Positions 37,989 through 52,118 are shown, counted from the whole stretch's first letter. The stretch: 63,364 bases of DNA, filler included, from Octopus bimaculoides (GCF_001194135.2; 7 parts of 7 records of this genome joined end to end with filler, not necessarily neighbours in it), one strand, 5' to 3'. Notes: generated from the sequence alone by a model not told the origin. Translations and numbers: made by a program.

Positions 37989-38902
37989 AAATGCATGCAT
38001 ACACACAAAAACAGTTGGCTATACCGCACTAAAAAGTCGAAGGAAATCTACTGTAGCATTTTCTTGAAAGAAACAGAGAAGCATTCAAAAACCGCCACAG
38101 GAAAACAGAAAATGGCAACCATTGATGTATTTCATGTATCACCGCACATTTACAAGAAGTGCATCAAACACTAGACAGATAGCTATTTTTGTATTATATA
38201 TGAAACCAAAGATTCTATATTCATAATTTTCTTCATCCAAGCCAGTTAATGGATAAAAAAAATACACATTCAGTACATTATGCCAGTCTTCCCGCCAAGC
38301 TAGCTAATCTATTGTTTAACCCTAGGTCAGTTAGGAATAAGAAAACCTATTCTATTATCAAAACATTTCTACCCATGAACATCTCATCCTTGTTTTGTTT
38401 CTGTTCCTACTTTTTTTTTTTTCAGATATATTACATATGAAGTAACATTATTCGATGTCTTCTTTTTTTCCTAAAGATCGTATGGTAAAATTTAAAGTAG
38501 GTTCATCGATTTTTCCAAAAGATCGTGTGATGATGTTTTAGGCTTTTTTTCTTGTAACCTCTGATCACAACATAATATAATCTATCGTATTTATTACGGT
38601 AGGAGACCAACTAAGACTTCGCAAGGGAGTGGTCACTAGAGAGTGGTCACGGCCTTACGATCGCGTCAGGAATTTGCCCCATTCTCTTTCACGCAGAACA
38701 AAGAATGAGGATAGTCTTTACATTTTTATTTCATTCACAGTGAGGCCTTTTCATTTGTTTACTGTAGCTGTTGTACTGTGGCAACGTCTTGAAGAATTAA
38801 GTCGAACACATTGCCCACAGCACTTTTTAATCTGGTACTTATTCTAAGATATTTTTTTTGTCGAATCATTAAGTGACGGGAAATAAACAAAATAAACAAA
38901 CC

Positions 38903-39198
38903 GTGTTGTCGGATACGACAACACGGGTTCTAGTTTTGATCCCATCAAAGCATCAAAACAACCTCTTCGGGAAATTAACGAGCATGTGGTTGAGCACTGC
39001 ACAGACACGTGTTTCCTTAACGTAGATACACTGTGATACAGAATATGACCAGGCCGTCTCTTTGAATTACAGGTACAATTCATTTTTGCCAGGTGAGTGA
39101 ACTGGAGCAACATGAAATAAAGTGTCTTGCTCAAGGACACAACGCGCTGCCAGAAATCGAATACGATCATACGATCGCCAACCGATTACTCTAACCAC
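38903..39198 (-). mobile_element. SINE family C' (different head and central module, family C tail)
   Basis: Head gtggttagag...ttcgatttc; central gtgtccttgagcaagacactttatttc; tail gtacctgtaattcaaag...ctacgttaagg..acacgtgtctgtg.agtgctca.ccac shared with 42248-42617. Confidence 0.75.
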
Positions 39199-39252
<54 letters not shown>

Positions 39253-39260
39253 GTATCAAA

Positions 39261-39395
39261 ACGACGGGCTTGTATCCACATTACATGTGCCAATTTCATT
39301 CACAGGGCATTGGTTAGCCTGTGGCTATATTACAGGGCGCTTTCCTATGATGACGAGCAGTGACGCTGAACCCTAAACGACGCGGTTGCAGAGGG
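39261..39395 (-). mobile_element. Degenerate SINE family A
   Basis: acgacgggctt...ttcacagggcattggttagcc...gctgaaccc. Confidence 0.55.
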
Positions 39396-40240
39396 CACTT
39401 CAGACAGTAATTTCTTGATTACTCTGTGAACTCCTGAGGGATCACAGTGTAATCTGGTGATTCACATTTGCTGTTCATAGAATACCATTTCCATACTTAT
39501 TAACGTATTGTGAATAAACCAGATATGAAAATTAAGCTATCAACTATGGTGCTAGCCTAATTTTCTTGCCGTTTTTTTATATAGCAGCTGATTATTCAGT
39601 GCTATTCGTTAGAAGAGGAAATGGGGTACGTATTTTTTCGAGAAACGAGTAACAAACGGTAAGACGGTCCATCAGAAGATTCCTGGTCTTTTTTTTTTGT
39701 GCATCAAAAGAATAGAAAGAATGCGTTTACATTGTTAAGGGAGCCCCAGTAAGGTTTTATATTATTTGAATTTATTTCTGTTACATCTACTCTACTACAA
39801 CGTGATGTGTTGTTCATAATATACGTATACACAAACACTCATAAACGCACATATATAGATACATGTGTGTTTGTGTTTGTGTATGTGTGTATGGTAAAGT
39901 ATACGTATATATTTGTGTATATATATATATGTATACATATATATATATATTTGTGTATATATATATATGTATACATATATATATACAAATATATTCATAT
40001 ATAGGTATCATAATATATATATACTTATATAAATACAAATATATATATATATATATATATTATATAATATACATATGTATATATGTATGTATATATATAT
40101 GTATGCATATATAAGTGTATGTATATATATATGTATATATACATGTGCGTATATGTATATACATGTATATGTGTGTGTATGTATATATATATATATATAT
40201 ACATACATATAGACATATATATATATATATACATATATAA

Positions 40241-40281
<41 letters not shown>

Positions 40282-40324
40282 NNNNNNNNNNNNNNNNNNN
40301 NNNNNNNNNNNNNNNNNNNNNNNN

Positions 40325-40402
<78 letters not shown>

Positions 40403-41127
40403 CGAAAACCATTTGACTGAAAAATTCCCCTTAGTGCATCAGAGGACAAATTGAAAGGAAATAACCTGTAAACTTTCTCGAAACTTCTATCGAAAGTCTC
40501 CAATCGCTCTATCTCTTTCTCCTCCCCCTTTTTCTCTCTCGCCATTTTTCGTTTCTATATATTTATTTATATATTCGTTTTATTTCTTTTTGACAGCTAT
40601 TGTATTTTTTGTGGGTTTCTCTGTATTTTTCTTTCTTTATTTTTTCCTATTCATCCTTTTATGCTTTGGTTAGAAAATGTCTATTCTCTGTTGAAATGCA
40701 CCGTCAACTGACTATCTTCTCAGAGAATCTCTGCCGTTAATCTGATGCCATACTAAAGAACATCTGAACGTTTGAAGCTAGCTATTGCATTCCAGCAAAC
40801 CGCATTGTTTATTCTCTGCAGTATGACTTCGTTGCATAATTCCTGTCGGTAACGTGTAGAAATTTATTTGGTTAGCGTTCGCTTTTTATCAACAGACTGG
40901 CAGCAAATTTAATTTAGATATCTGTAGCATGAGTTCGTTTAGAAAAGAAGTCCCAAGAATGTTTAATGCATGAATAGTTCCATCTGAAAAGATTTCGTAA
41001 CAATTTTTTTTTTTCATTTTTATTTATCGCGTGAAAATGTCCCATTTGGATATATTTTCAAAGACCTACCTGATTTGTTATCTAATTTCTTGGCTTGTAC
41101 GCACTAATACATACGTTCATGAATTAT

Positions 41128-41173
<46 letters not shown>

Positions 41174-41460
41174 NNNNNNNNNNNNNNNNNNNNNNNNNNN
41201 NNNNNNNNNNNNNNNNNNNNNNNNNNNNNNNNNNNNNNNNNNNNNNNNNNNNNNNNNNNNNNNNNNNNNNNNNNNNNNNNNNNNNNNNNNNNNNNNNNNN
41301 NNNNNNNNNNNNNNNNNNNNNNNNNNNNNNNNNNNNNNNNNNNNNNNNNNNNNNNNNNNNNNNNNNNNNNNNNNNAATGGTTCTCCATCGACTTCGACGA
41401 TCTCAGCTGTTAAATACAGCTGAAACGTAATCCTTCAGTGGAATCGGCCTCACATAGTTT

Positions 41461-41697
41461 GTTATTTCTTTACTGCCCACAAGGAGCTACACATAGAGGG
41501 GACAAACAAAGACAGACAAACGGATTAAGTCGATTATATCGATCCCAGTGCGTAACTGGTACTTATTTCATCGACCCCGAAAGGATGAAAGGCTAAGTCG
41601 ACCTCGGCGGAATTTGAACTCAGAACGTAACGGCAGACGAAATACCGCTAAGCATTTCGCCCGGCGTGCTAATCTTTCTCCCAGCTCGCCCGCCTCC
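41461..41697 (-). mobile_element. Full-length SINE family B with 8-bp TSD CATAGTTT
   Basis: TSD at 41453-41460 and 41698-41705; tRNA-like head with B-box-like gagttcaaattcc. Confidence 0.92.
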
Positions 41698-42247
41698 CAT
41701 AGTTTTTTGGCAATGATATACAGATGCAATGCAATCTGACGGACTTCCGCACAGTTTCCGTCTGCCCATTTTCATTCTGAAATCTTGACTCGACATGCAG
41801 CTTTGATAAAACACATTCGGCCCCGATGTCAGTACGTGAGATGAATCAGTACTACCTGTTACACGATCGTGACTAAAGTCTAAACTTAGCAATTCAATGG
41901 ACACACACAGAGGCATACACAGAGGCACAGAGCATATACACTCGCTCACATGTACATATATACACACAGGAAAATATATGTATGTGTATGTACGCTCATG
42001 TCGTTCGATGTATATATATGTGAGTGTGTTTGTATGTATATCTGTGTGCCACGTGTCAGGTGTCAGAATGATTGCACAGAAACATGAGATGAAGTGTTTT
42101 ACACAAAAACATGCAATGTGTATAAATACTTTATTGTATGTCATACTCTTCAAATTCTCAATATGAATGAATCTGCGGCTACCGTCCGTTTTAATCTATT
42201 CTCTACACCGCTTTCTTATTTTATTTTTTTGTATATTTATATTCATC

Positions 42248-42617
42248 ATGTGGAGGCGCAATGGCCCAGTGGTTAGGGCAGCGGACTCGTGGTCATAGGA
42301 TCGCGGTTTCCATTCCCAGGACCGGGCGTTGTGAGTGTTTATTGAGCGAAAGCAACTAAAGGCCCACGAGGCTCCGGCAGGGGATTGTGGAGAACCCTGC
42401 TGTACTCTTTAACCACAACTTTCTCTCACTTCCTGTTTCTGTTGTACCTGTAATTCAAAGGGTCAGCCTTGTCACGCTGAATATCCCCGAGAACTACGTT
42501 GAGGGTACACGTGTCTGTGGAGTGCTCAGCCACTTGCACGTTAATTTCACGAGCAGGCTGTTCCATTGATCGGATCAACTGGAACCCTCGACGTCGTACG
42601 CGACGGAGGGCCAAACA
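42248..42617 (+). mobile_element. Full-length tRNA-headed SINE family C with 13-bp TSD ATTTATATTCATC
   Basis: A box TGGCCCAGTGG 42262-42272; B-box-like GGTTTCCATTCCC 42305-42317; TSD at 42235-42247 and 42618-42630; AAC-type tail. Confidence 0.95.
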
Positions 42618-43583
42618 ATTTATATTCATCTCATAACATTATACTTATTTATTGAATTTGGGGTATTATAATTTTTATTATTATTACTATTTTTTCAAGT
42701 TGACTTTTATTGGCTGTTGTATTTTATCCTATTACATTACTTAATTATTTTTTTTTATTTTACTTTTATCTTATGCCATTGTACTATTTCCAACTACTTC
42801 TTAATTATTTTATAATTCCTGCGATATTATTTGCATAGTCACTATCTACCAATTCCATTTTCTGTTGTTATCCAAATTTTGTTTTTATTATAACTCATTT
42901 TTCATTATAATCCTTCCTTTGCTATTATCCATTTGCTTTCATATAATTTTTTGATTCTATTCTTTTCATAGTATAATTCTTTATTTACCAAATTATTGAT
43001 ATGATGGCCACTATTCTTGTTTCATATCTCCCTCCTATCGTAGAATCTCAGGCTTATTGCCTCGATTTTATGGTCCGTCTGGTTTTAAAGGGGGCATATA
43101 GAAGGGGCTGCTAAGTAATTAACTACATAAATAACTGGGTGACCTTACTCTTTGTACTTTGCCCTAAAACCGCTTGTTGAATAGAATTAAGGGAACTATG
43201 TGTAGGAACTATCTATCTTAGTTGTAGGGGTGAGATGCTTCGGTATCTGATCTCTCCAACCACATCCCCTAAACTCCTTCATCGCTATAAATCTCCGTTA
43301 CCCTTCCCCTACCTATACATGGTATCGCGTTATTTACTCCTATAATACTATCAAATGGAACTAACCCAGCAAGGGTCTTAGAATCATTAAGATGCGCATC
43401 CTGTAGGCTTTTGAATGTTTTCAAATGTTGTGGTTCATGTATTCATCAAATGAAAACGGCTTTTCTTATTTGAAGTAATGTCTCCATTAATCAATTAAAA
43501 ATTCAATGCAAACAGGTATCACAGCGAAGTGACATTGTACAGCTGTTGTATATATATATATATATATATACATACATACATAC

Positions 43584-43614
<31 letters not shown>

Positions 43615-44103
43615 NNNNNNNNNNNNNNNNNNNNNNNNNNNNNNNNNNNNNNNNNNNNNNNNNNNNNNNNNNNNNNNNNNNNNNNNNNNNNNNNNNNNNN
43701 NNNNNNNNNNNNNNNNNNNNNNNNNNNNNNNNNNNNNNNNNNNNNNNNNNNNNNNNNNNNNNNNNNNNNNNNNNNNNNNNNNNNNNNNNNNNNNNNNNNN
43801 NNNNNNNNNNNNNNNNNNNNNNNNNNNNNNNNNNNNNNNNNNNNNNNNNNNNNNNNNNNNNNNNNNNNNNNNNNNNNNNNNNNNNNNNNNNNNNNNNNNN
43901 NNNNNNNNNNNNNNNNNNNNNNNNNNNNNNNNNNNNNNNNNNNNNNNNNNNNNNNNNNNNNNNNNNNNNNNNNNNNNNNNNNNNNNNNNNNNNNNNNNNN
44001 NNNNNNNNNNNNNNNNNNNNNNNNNNNNNNNNNNNNNNNNNNNNNNNNNNNNNNNNNNNNNNNNNNNNNNNNNNNNNNNNNNNNNNNNNNNNNNNNNNNN
44101 NNN

Positions 44104-44134
<31 letters not shown>

Positions 44135-44199
44135 TTAATTCCCTATTGCAATTTTGGCGTTAGGGACCACTTAAGGGACCCATTCGCCTCGTCAGGGGA

Positions 44200-44590
44200 A
44201 ATATTTCTACAGATAGAAATTAACTAGCCACAGTAAACTACTACATTATCCAGAATACAGCGTGGGCTTAAAAGTAAAGATACCACCAAATATTTTATCG
44301 ATGGACCATCAACCACGAAACAATCGAACAATTAAACAATCAAACAATTCTTTGATAACAATAAAAATGATATTGTCAATCTAATTAAAAGAAAAAAACA
44401 AAACAGTACAATACTAAACAATGACAGAAAATCGAAAAGAGAATTAGTGAGAAAGTGGAAAACCAAGTTAAGCGAAGCAAGATATAGTCTCTTAACATTT
44501 GCATCGGCAAAAACAAATAAAAATAACTTACACGAGATCGGACACAATTCCGAAACGTATTCTACCATGACTAAAGTTTCCTAAAACAGT
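44200..44590 (+). mobile_element. Possible Penelope-like N-terminal region remnant
   Basis: Fragments GLKVKIPP and RELVRKWKTKLSEARYSLL resemble PLE N-termini; no RT motif follows. Confidence 0.3.
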
Positions 44591-45959
44591 AAACATCTAT
44601 GATGGTGTGTATGTGTGTATCGGAAAAGCTTGTGCATTGCCATGTATGCGAGTGTATGTATGTGTTGAAGTGTTGGTGTGTGTTAGTATTGTGTTTATCT
44701 TTGTACTGGTGTATATATGTATATTTGTCCGTGGGCAATTGTCTGTGTCGGAGTGTGTGCCTGTGCGTAGTTTTGTGTTTGTGTGCTTGTGTGCGTGTTT
44801 TATTAATGTAAGCTTGTGTACTGATTTATATTTGCATGTGAGCAATTGCCAATGTGTGTGTCTGTGTTTGTGCGTGCATGTGTTTGCTTATATTGGTCTG
44901 AGTCTGTGTATAGATTAATGTGTTTTTCTCCATTTGTGTGCGTTTCTTTCTCTAGATAGAATCGTATATACGCGATAGCCTGCGCGTGCGTGTGTGTGTA
45001 TATATATATATGTGTGTGTATATATATATATANNNNNNNNNNNNNNNNNNNNNNNNNNNNNNNNNNNNNNNNNNNNNNNNNNNNNNNNNNNNNNNNNNNN
45101 NNNNNNNNNNNNNNNNNNNNNNNNNNNNNNNNNNNNNNNNNNNNNNNNNNNNNNNNNNNNNNNNNNNNNNNNNNNNNNNNNNNNNNNNNNNNNNNNNNNN
45201 NNNNNNNNNNNNNNNNNNNNNNNNNNNNNNNNNNNNNNNNNNNNNNNNNNNNNNNNNNNNNNNNNNNNNNNNNNNNNNNNNNNNNNNNNNNNNNNNNNNN
45301 NNNNNNNNNNNNNNNNNNNNNNNNNNNNNNNNNNNNNNNNNNNNNNNNNNNNNNNNNNNNNNNNNNNNNNNNNNNNNNNNNNNNNNNNNNNNNNNNNNNN
45401 NNNNNNNNNNNNNNNNNNNNNNNNNNNNNNNNNNNNNNNNNNNNNNNNNNNNNNNNNNNNNNNNNNNNNNNNNNNNNNNNNNNNNNNNNNNNNNNNNNNN
45501 NNNNNNNNNNNNNNNNNNNNNNNNNNNNNNNNNNNNNNNNNNNNNNNNNNNNNNNNNNNNNNNNNNNNNNNNNNNNNNNNNNNNNNNNNNNNNNNNNNNN
45601 NNNNNNNNNNNNNNNNNNNNNNNNNNNNNNNNNNNNNNNNNNNNNNNNNNNNNNNNNNNNNNNNNNNNNNNNNNNNNNNNNNNNNNNNNNNNNNNNNNNN
45701 NNNNNNNNNNNNNNNNNNNNNNNNNNNNNNNNNNNNNNNNNNNNNNNNNNNNNNNNNNNNNNNNNNNNNNNNNNNNNNNNNNNNNNNNNNNNNNNNNNNN
45801 NNNNNNNNNNNNNNNNNNNNNNNNNNNNNNNNNNNNNNNNNNNNNNNNNNNNNNNNNNNNNNNNNNNNNNNNNNNNNNNNNNNNNNNNNNNNNNNNNNNN
45901 NNNNNNNNNNNNNNNNNNNNNNNNNNNNNNNNNNNNNNNNNNNNNNNNNNNNNNNNNNN

Positions 45960-45994
<35 letters not shown>

Positions 45995-46919
45995 CATATC
46001 CTCTGGGAGAATATATAACTTTAGGCTTAATAGAGATAAAGGATGTAAATAAATATGACGAAACAGCTACGTTGTTTGTTGTTATTGTTCTTGTATATGT
46101 TTTTCATATTTGTTTTGTAATATTTAATATGTATATGTAAGTTACAGATATTATATCGAAGTCTCTTATTAAATCTAGATATGTAAATGCAATTACACTT
46201 CACGCATTGGTGTTTTGGACAATTATCTACTCAAATATATAAAAAAACACATTTGATGAACCAAAGAAAAAAAATTGAAAAAGCTACAATAAATAAATAA
46301 ATACAAATATCGCATAATTCATTGGTGCCTTATTGTTTAGCAAGCACATTTCGACAGTTCTATCAAATGCATATATATACTATTTCTCTCTTTTGTTTGG
46401 TAAAAACTTCTAGAAAGAAAAAGAAATTCGCTGAAACGCTGCAAGGGTTATAAATCTATATTCTGTCTTTTGAAATAAGAAAGAAAGTGGGACAATGAAT
46501 TTAGAGATGTTCACATTTATGTCTTCAAAGCTCAAAGAAAAAAGATGGAACAGTTAAGTTGTGTATGCGTGATGAAAGAATCGACTTGTGTATGGAATCC
46601 TTTCATTTTACCATTACTAAGTTTCAGAGGTCTTGATATTTCCTATATCTTGTAGGTAGGTTTTTTTTTTTTATAAAATGCGACTGATGTACAAGACAAA
46701 TAAGTATCTAAGGTCCACAACTAATATCTTGTTAACTTAATAATGTCATTCATATATGGAGTTATTATAACCGGATATCGGTGAAAATGTGTAACGGAGT
46801 CACAAATTTGTTAACCCCAAAGGATAAAGCATTTCAGATCGCTCGGATACACACACACACACATAAATATATATATGTATATGAATGTATGCATGTAAAT
46901 GTTTATATATATGTATGTA

Positions 46920-46965
<46 letters not shown>

Positions 46966-47004
46966 CATATATATATATGTGTGGATGGATGGATGAATGG
47001 ATGT

Positions 47005-47150
47005 ATTAGAATGAAGGATAGCAGGATCCGTAAGCAGATGCTATATGAGGAAAACTTGGTCTGCAATGTTGGCAGTCGTGTATGCTTATCAAGCGCAGAG
47101 TTCATCAGCGTTAGGAGCCGCAAATGCAAAATATAAGTTAGTCCTAGAGT
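47005..47150 (+). mobile_element. Possible RTE-type LINE C-terminal fragment
   Basis: RMKDSRIRKQMLYEE resembles the RTE motif RM.D.R.PKQ.LYGEL. Confidence 0.4.
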
Positions 47151-47221
47151 GCACAATGTTCCTGAAGGGCAGTAAATGTCTTCCTCGGTCACGAGTGGAC
47201 GGCCATCATCTTGTACATAGA

Positions 47222-47269
<48 letters not shown>

Positions 47270-47753
47270 GTGTGTGTGTGTGTGTGCAAGATAGCTGACA
47301 AATTAGCCATGGGAAAAATTGCAAATAGAAAGATACTGGATGGACACAGTAATTGAAAAAGAATAAGACAAAGGAGTTAGAAAATTTAGCGATATAAGAC
47401 AGAACCCACCACAAAGTCAATATAGTTAGACACCAATATAACAATTTTGTGAACACGGATAGAGTAGACGGATCGATTCAAGAATTGAAGTTATGTATTT
47501 ACCCTATACTCTTGTACTATATTATAAATACTTGAACATTTTTGTCAACATATTTCTGTTGAAATATACTACCACGGTTTCACGTAAATTTTTAAATGAT
47601 GACGAATTTTATACAGTAATTTGTTAGTATTATAAAAAAGGTGGCGTCTAACTATAAATGAAAATGACATTTCGATGGAATATTTTAATTTGGATCACTT
47701 TAACCGTTTTGTTACCACATTTTGATTTGGTATCTTTGAATGTTAAACACTTA

Positions 47754-48245
47754 GCAGAATTCTCGTGGTATTGCTATATTGTGAAGAATCTAGAATATTT
47801 TATCTGTTTCGATTAAGAACGTATACAAAATGTGATTCTTGTCGCAGAAGTCACGTGATCATGTGAATAGATCTAGAATATTTCATATAAGTTTTGATTG
47901 AGAACTTAGAAATGGTTCAACTCTTCGCAGAAATCACGTGATACCGTGAAAGGAGCTAGAATGTTTTATATAACTTTTCACTAAGAAATTAGTAAAGGCC
48001 AAAATTATTGCAGAATCTACTTTATAATGTGAAGGGACGATAAATTTTGATTATGATCTAAGAAATTTAAACCCGTAACAGGATTCATGTTACAGTGTTA
48101 TTTTATGAAAGAGTCTGGAATAGTTCATCTAAGGTTTGATTGAAAACTTAGAAAACATAAAACTCATTGTAGAATACGGATCTAGAAAGTTTCATATAAA
48201 CTTTGTCAGTGAACTTATAAAAGTGAAACTTGTTGCAGAATTTAA
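47754..48245. repeat. Diverged ~83-bp tandem repeat, ~6-7 units
   Basis: gcagaa anchors at 47754, 47844, 47927, 48010 and 48235 (variants ~48079, 48169), with recurring gtgaa..atctagaat..ttcatataa..tttgatt.agaactta. Confidence 0.75.
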
Positions 48246-48550
48246 AGCGGGTTACAAAACAGGAAAGAAGAGAAAAACTGTGTAATAGCTAGAAAATAGA
48301 GTTATTTTAAATGCAGATAAGATTAGAAGTAATCTCATGAGAAATAACTTAGTCAATATTTGAATACAATATATTCAGGGCAGGTCTATTTCTTCACTAT
48401 TCAGAACAAATCAAATAACGGCTGTTGTTTTTGTTTATTTTAAGTATATGAAACACCTTCCAAATATTATGGCAAAAATTAGATATTCAGTGAGTACAGG
48501 CGTAGAACGTCTGCAGTGCAGGGCACACACAGCAAGAATATGGTATGACT

Positions 48551-48900
48551 GTTGGCACTCCGTCGCTTACGACGTCAAGAGTTCCAGTTGATCCGATCAA
48601 CGGAACAGCCTGCTCGTGAAATTAACGTGCAAGTGGCTGAGCACTCCACAGACACGTGTACCCTTGACGTAGTTCTCGGGGATATTCAGCGTGACACAGA
48701 GTGTGACAAGGCTGACCCTTTGAATTACAGGCACAACAGAAACAGGAAGTAAATTCGCCACCATCCCCTGCCGGAGCCTCGTGGAGCTCTTAAGTGTTTT
48801 CGCTCAATAAACACTCACAACGCCCGGTCTGGGAATCGAAACCGCGATCCTATGACCACGAGTCCGCTGTCCTAACCACTGGGCCACTGCGCCTCCACAT
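48551..48900 (-). mobile_element. Full-length SINE family C
   Basis: Reverse complement closely matches 42248-42617 from head to tail. Confidence 0.95.
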
Positions 48901-49199
48901 ACCAAGAATAACAACAGTGTATTTCACATGAATGAGTGAATGGCGTTGCGTTGCAAATCATCGAGAGGAAAGCCCTAAAACGTTGAGCATTCTTTCCCAA
49001 TGAACCACAAAGCCTACTAGCATCCCATCCCATATCCGGAGCTTTTGACTGGCATCGCTTGAACAAACAAGCTATTTGCAAATCCTTAGGATTCGAGATT
49101 CTACAAACTCATTAGGTTTGGCTGTTGATATATGTATTCCCAGCAATTTGGAGCCCCCTACCCCTTTGGGTGCCACATTCCAAATGATTAACTGCCTTC

Positions 49200-49800
49200 T
49201 TTCTAATTAATGTTGAAAATAACGAAGAATTTGATAAAATAACTTTGTTTTTATTTATTAAGGTAGTTTTTGGAACATAAATTAACATGTCGTTTTGATG
49301 GAAGATTTCAATTTAGATCACGTTAACTCTTTTGTTATCATATTTCTGTTGAAATACGCTCCGTTCGCTTAATTAATTTTGAAAATAATAAATTTACTAG
49401 AGTAACTTTGTCATTACTATTATATAGTCGGTGATGGAACATAAACTAATCTGAAATTTTGAGGGAAGTTTTAAATTTAGGGCACTTTTTGTTAACATTT
49501 CTGTTGAAATATACTGCCTTTGTATAAATTGATTTTTGAAATAATGAAGAATTTGGTAGAGTAAACTCTGGTTAATATTCTTTTATTAAAAAGCGGTGTT
49601 TAACCATAAATTAAAATGAAATTTTGGATCACTTTAACTCTTTTGTTGGCGTATTTCTATTGAAATATTCTGTCTTTCCTTTAATTAATTTTGAAAAATG
49701 ATAAATTTATATGAGTAGCTTTCTTATAAAATTAGTAATGAAACGTAAATTAAGGGAAATTTTGATGGAGGGTATTAATTTAGATCCCTTTAAAAGAGAA
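49200..49800. repeat. Diverged ~160-bp tandem repeat x4; a further monomer at ~47535-47720
   Basis: Units start taatt(a)at(g/t)ttgaaaata at ~49203, 49368, 49523, 49683 and share ggaacataaa, ttttgatggaag, tagatcac, atttctgttgaaata. Confidence 0.8.
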
Positions 49801-51020
49801 CGTTACTATCAAAGATCCATGGGTGATCTCTGGCGAGTTAATACCAAAAGAATTAAGTTTATGACGAGAGATCATGGATCATACCTATGCGCTGCAGTTC
49901 GCGTACGCAGTAACAATAATGAAGCAGATGAAATAGCCATGAAAAGGTTCGTGTATCTAATGAAGCGAATAAGAGATTACTCTACAGTAATCCATTAAAT
50001 AACAATGGATTTAATCATTCCATTGATCGGAAAACTCATTCACCAGTAATGAGTTATTTATAACTTAATTTATGTATTTCGTTTGCAAGATCCTTGGCGC
50101 GAATTCGCGTTGTTAAAATAGATTTCTTGTGTGTCGGGAGGGTCACTTTTCCAATAATAAGCAAATACACCTACTCTATTTCACTTTATCATTTGTCAAG
50201 TGGTTAACTATTTACCTAGCTGATTTGCAGTAAAGAAAGAATGCCGTGGAAAAATCTCGAGTATGGTGACAAAAGGACTTTTAAAACATAACTGAGTGAA
50301 TAATTAACCAAATGATTAATTAAACAATCAATTAGTTAATTGATTAAATACTTAAATACTTAACCAGTTGATTATTAATAAAGAACTGAAATAGAACCAG
50401 TGCGTGTTTTTATTATAGAAATAAAAATAGAACAGTATATATTTATATTCTATGACAATCTAGTCGATCAAATGGAACAGCAAAGAAATATGTGCTACCA
50501 ATTGAAACTACAGAAATAAATTAATTTCCTAAAAATAATTCAAACTCAAAAGATAATTTTAATTTTTTTTTTAATTTCAAAAATTTTATTTTAACTTGAA
50601 AATTTGATATTTGTCGATTGTTGCAATGATTTCTTGAGTCTGAAATTGTCTTTCGTAGAAAGCAATTAAATTAACAGATATTGGACAATGAAAACATGCT
50701 ATTCTCGAAACTTTAAAAACAATTGTTTCTGTTACTGTGAGTAGATAAATCTACGATGTAAATATTAGCAAATGTATAATTTATTGGGGGTGGGAGGTGG
50801 GGGGTGTAAAACCTATAATTTACAGATATAAGTTTCTTTAAAATGAAATCAGTCATGTAAATGTTAGAGATTTACATATAACGAATCGAAGATTTAATCA
50901 ACTTCTTCTAGCACGCGAGAATTGCACCAAATTTAGAAAGAATTATCATCATCATCATTTCCATCATCATTTTCATTATAATAAATATTATTATTGTCGT
51001 TATTATTATAATTATTATTA

Positions 51021-51245
51021 AAGCGGCGAGCTGGCAGAGTCGTTAGCGCACCGGACAAAATGCTTAGTGGCACCTCGTCAGCATGTACGTGCTGAGTTCA
51101 AATTCCGACGGCGTCAAATTTGCTTTTTATCCTTTCGGATAGTAGCATTCCTCCCGGCTCTTTGCGCTAATTTCAAATCCCACCGTTGTCAGTATTTTTT
51201 CAGGGCTAGATAAAATGAAGTACCAGACGAGTACTGAAATCGATG
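51021..51245 (+). mobile_element. SINE family B preceded by (ATT)n
   Basis: aagcggcgagctggcagagtcgttagc...gagttcaaattcc...gataaaatgaagtaccag. Confidence 0.8.
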
Positions 51246-51350
51246 TGAAGGGAAACATCGTTTGTTCATCATCCTTCAAATCTTAAGAAAGCTTTGCAGA
51301 ATTTTATAATCCCAGATATCGTGGTCTTTTGTAATTCATGTGCCCCTCTC
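51246..51350 (-). mobile_element. 3' end of an R4/Dong-like LINE
   Basis: QKTTISGIIKFCKAFLRFEG** plus short 3' UTR; paralogous to 52119-52230. Confidence 0.7.
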
Positions 51351-52118
51351 CTCGGAATTTGTTGGTTTTTGAAGATAGTTTTTGAGAGATAGTTGTTTAA
51401 TTCGGTCACTATTTACACACCATAGAAACCGAGTAACCGTCTTTATGAGTACTAGGACTCGAGAACACAAAATTGCGTAATCTTAAGAATTTGACGTTCT
51501 AAGACTGATTTCTTCAATAGACGATAAAACCATTTTTTTTCTTCTCATATTTTCTTTCTTATTTCATGCTTTCATTTTTTCTTAAAGCACTTTTAACAAG
51601 TTCAATAAACGATAAAACCAAGTTTTGCGCATATTTTTTTTTCTTTTATCGTTTTTCTTAAAGTAATTTTTATGAAGTTCAATCGAATTTTCTGACTCAT
51701 TCCATTCCACTGACGTTTTCTTTAGTGAGAAAATTCTGTTAACATATATTTTAACCATTTATTTCGACTTTCACTTTGTAATGCTAACGTATCGTCTGTA
51801 CATGATTGTATTCGTGTACTATATAGTATATTCTTAGTACATAAATTTTGAACTAAATCGTTAAACATTTAAAACTATGCTTCTTGCGTGGGTAACAATG
51901 GAGTTCTGATATGGCTATGTGGTTAAGTTTCCTTTTACTACTCTTTGGTCCCGAGTTCCATATCAGTGTGTGATATGGAACATTTATTTCCAAACGTTTT
52001 CTACCAGAGCCTCGAACTGACAAAGACTATATGAGTGGAATTTGTACATATATATATGTTCTCTTCCTCTATTTACTTTATAAAAAATTTGGACCAGCTG
52101 TTTCCCTCATAGTAAGGT

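Noticed and set aside
40760-40880. Possible minus-strand terminal exon (branch-like GCTAAC, AG, ELCNEVILQRINNAVCWNAIASFKRSDVL*)
   Set aside because: Weak polypyrimidine tract, no recognisable protein; could equally be a decayed RTE fragment.
42250-42325. tRNA-like A and B boxes (also in other SINE heads)
   Set aside because: No cloverleaf or acceptor stem; they are heads of multi-copy SINEs with TSDs.
47754-49800. Regularly spaced repeats as a CRISPR array
   Set aside because: Units are diverged full-length tandem repeats without unique spacers; no cas genes; eukaryotic context.
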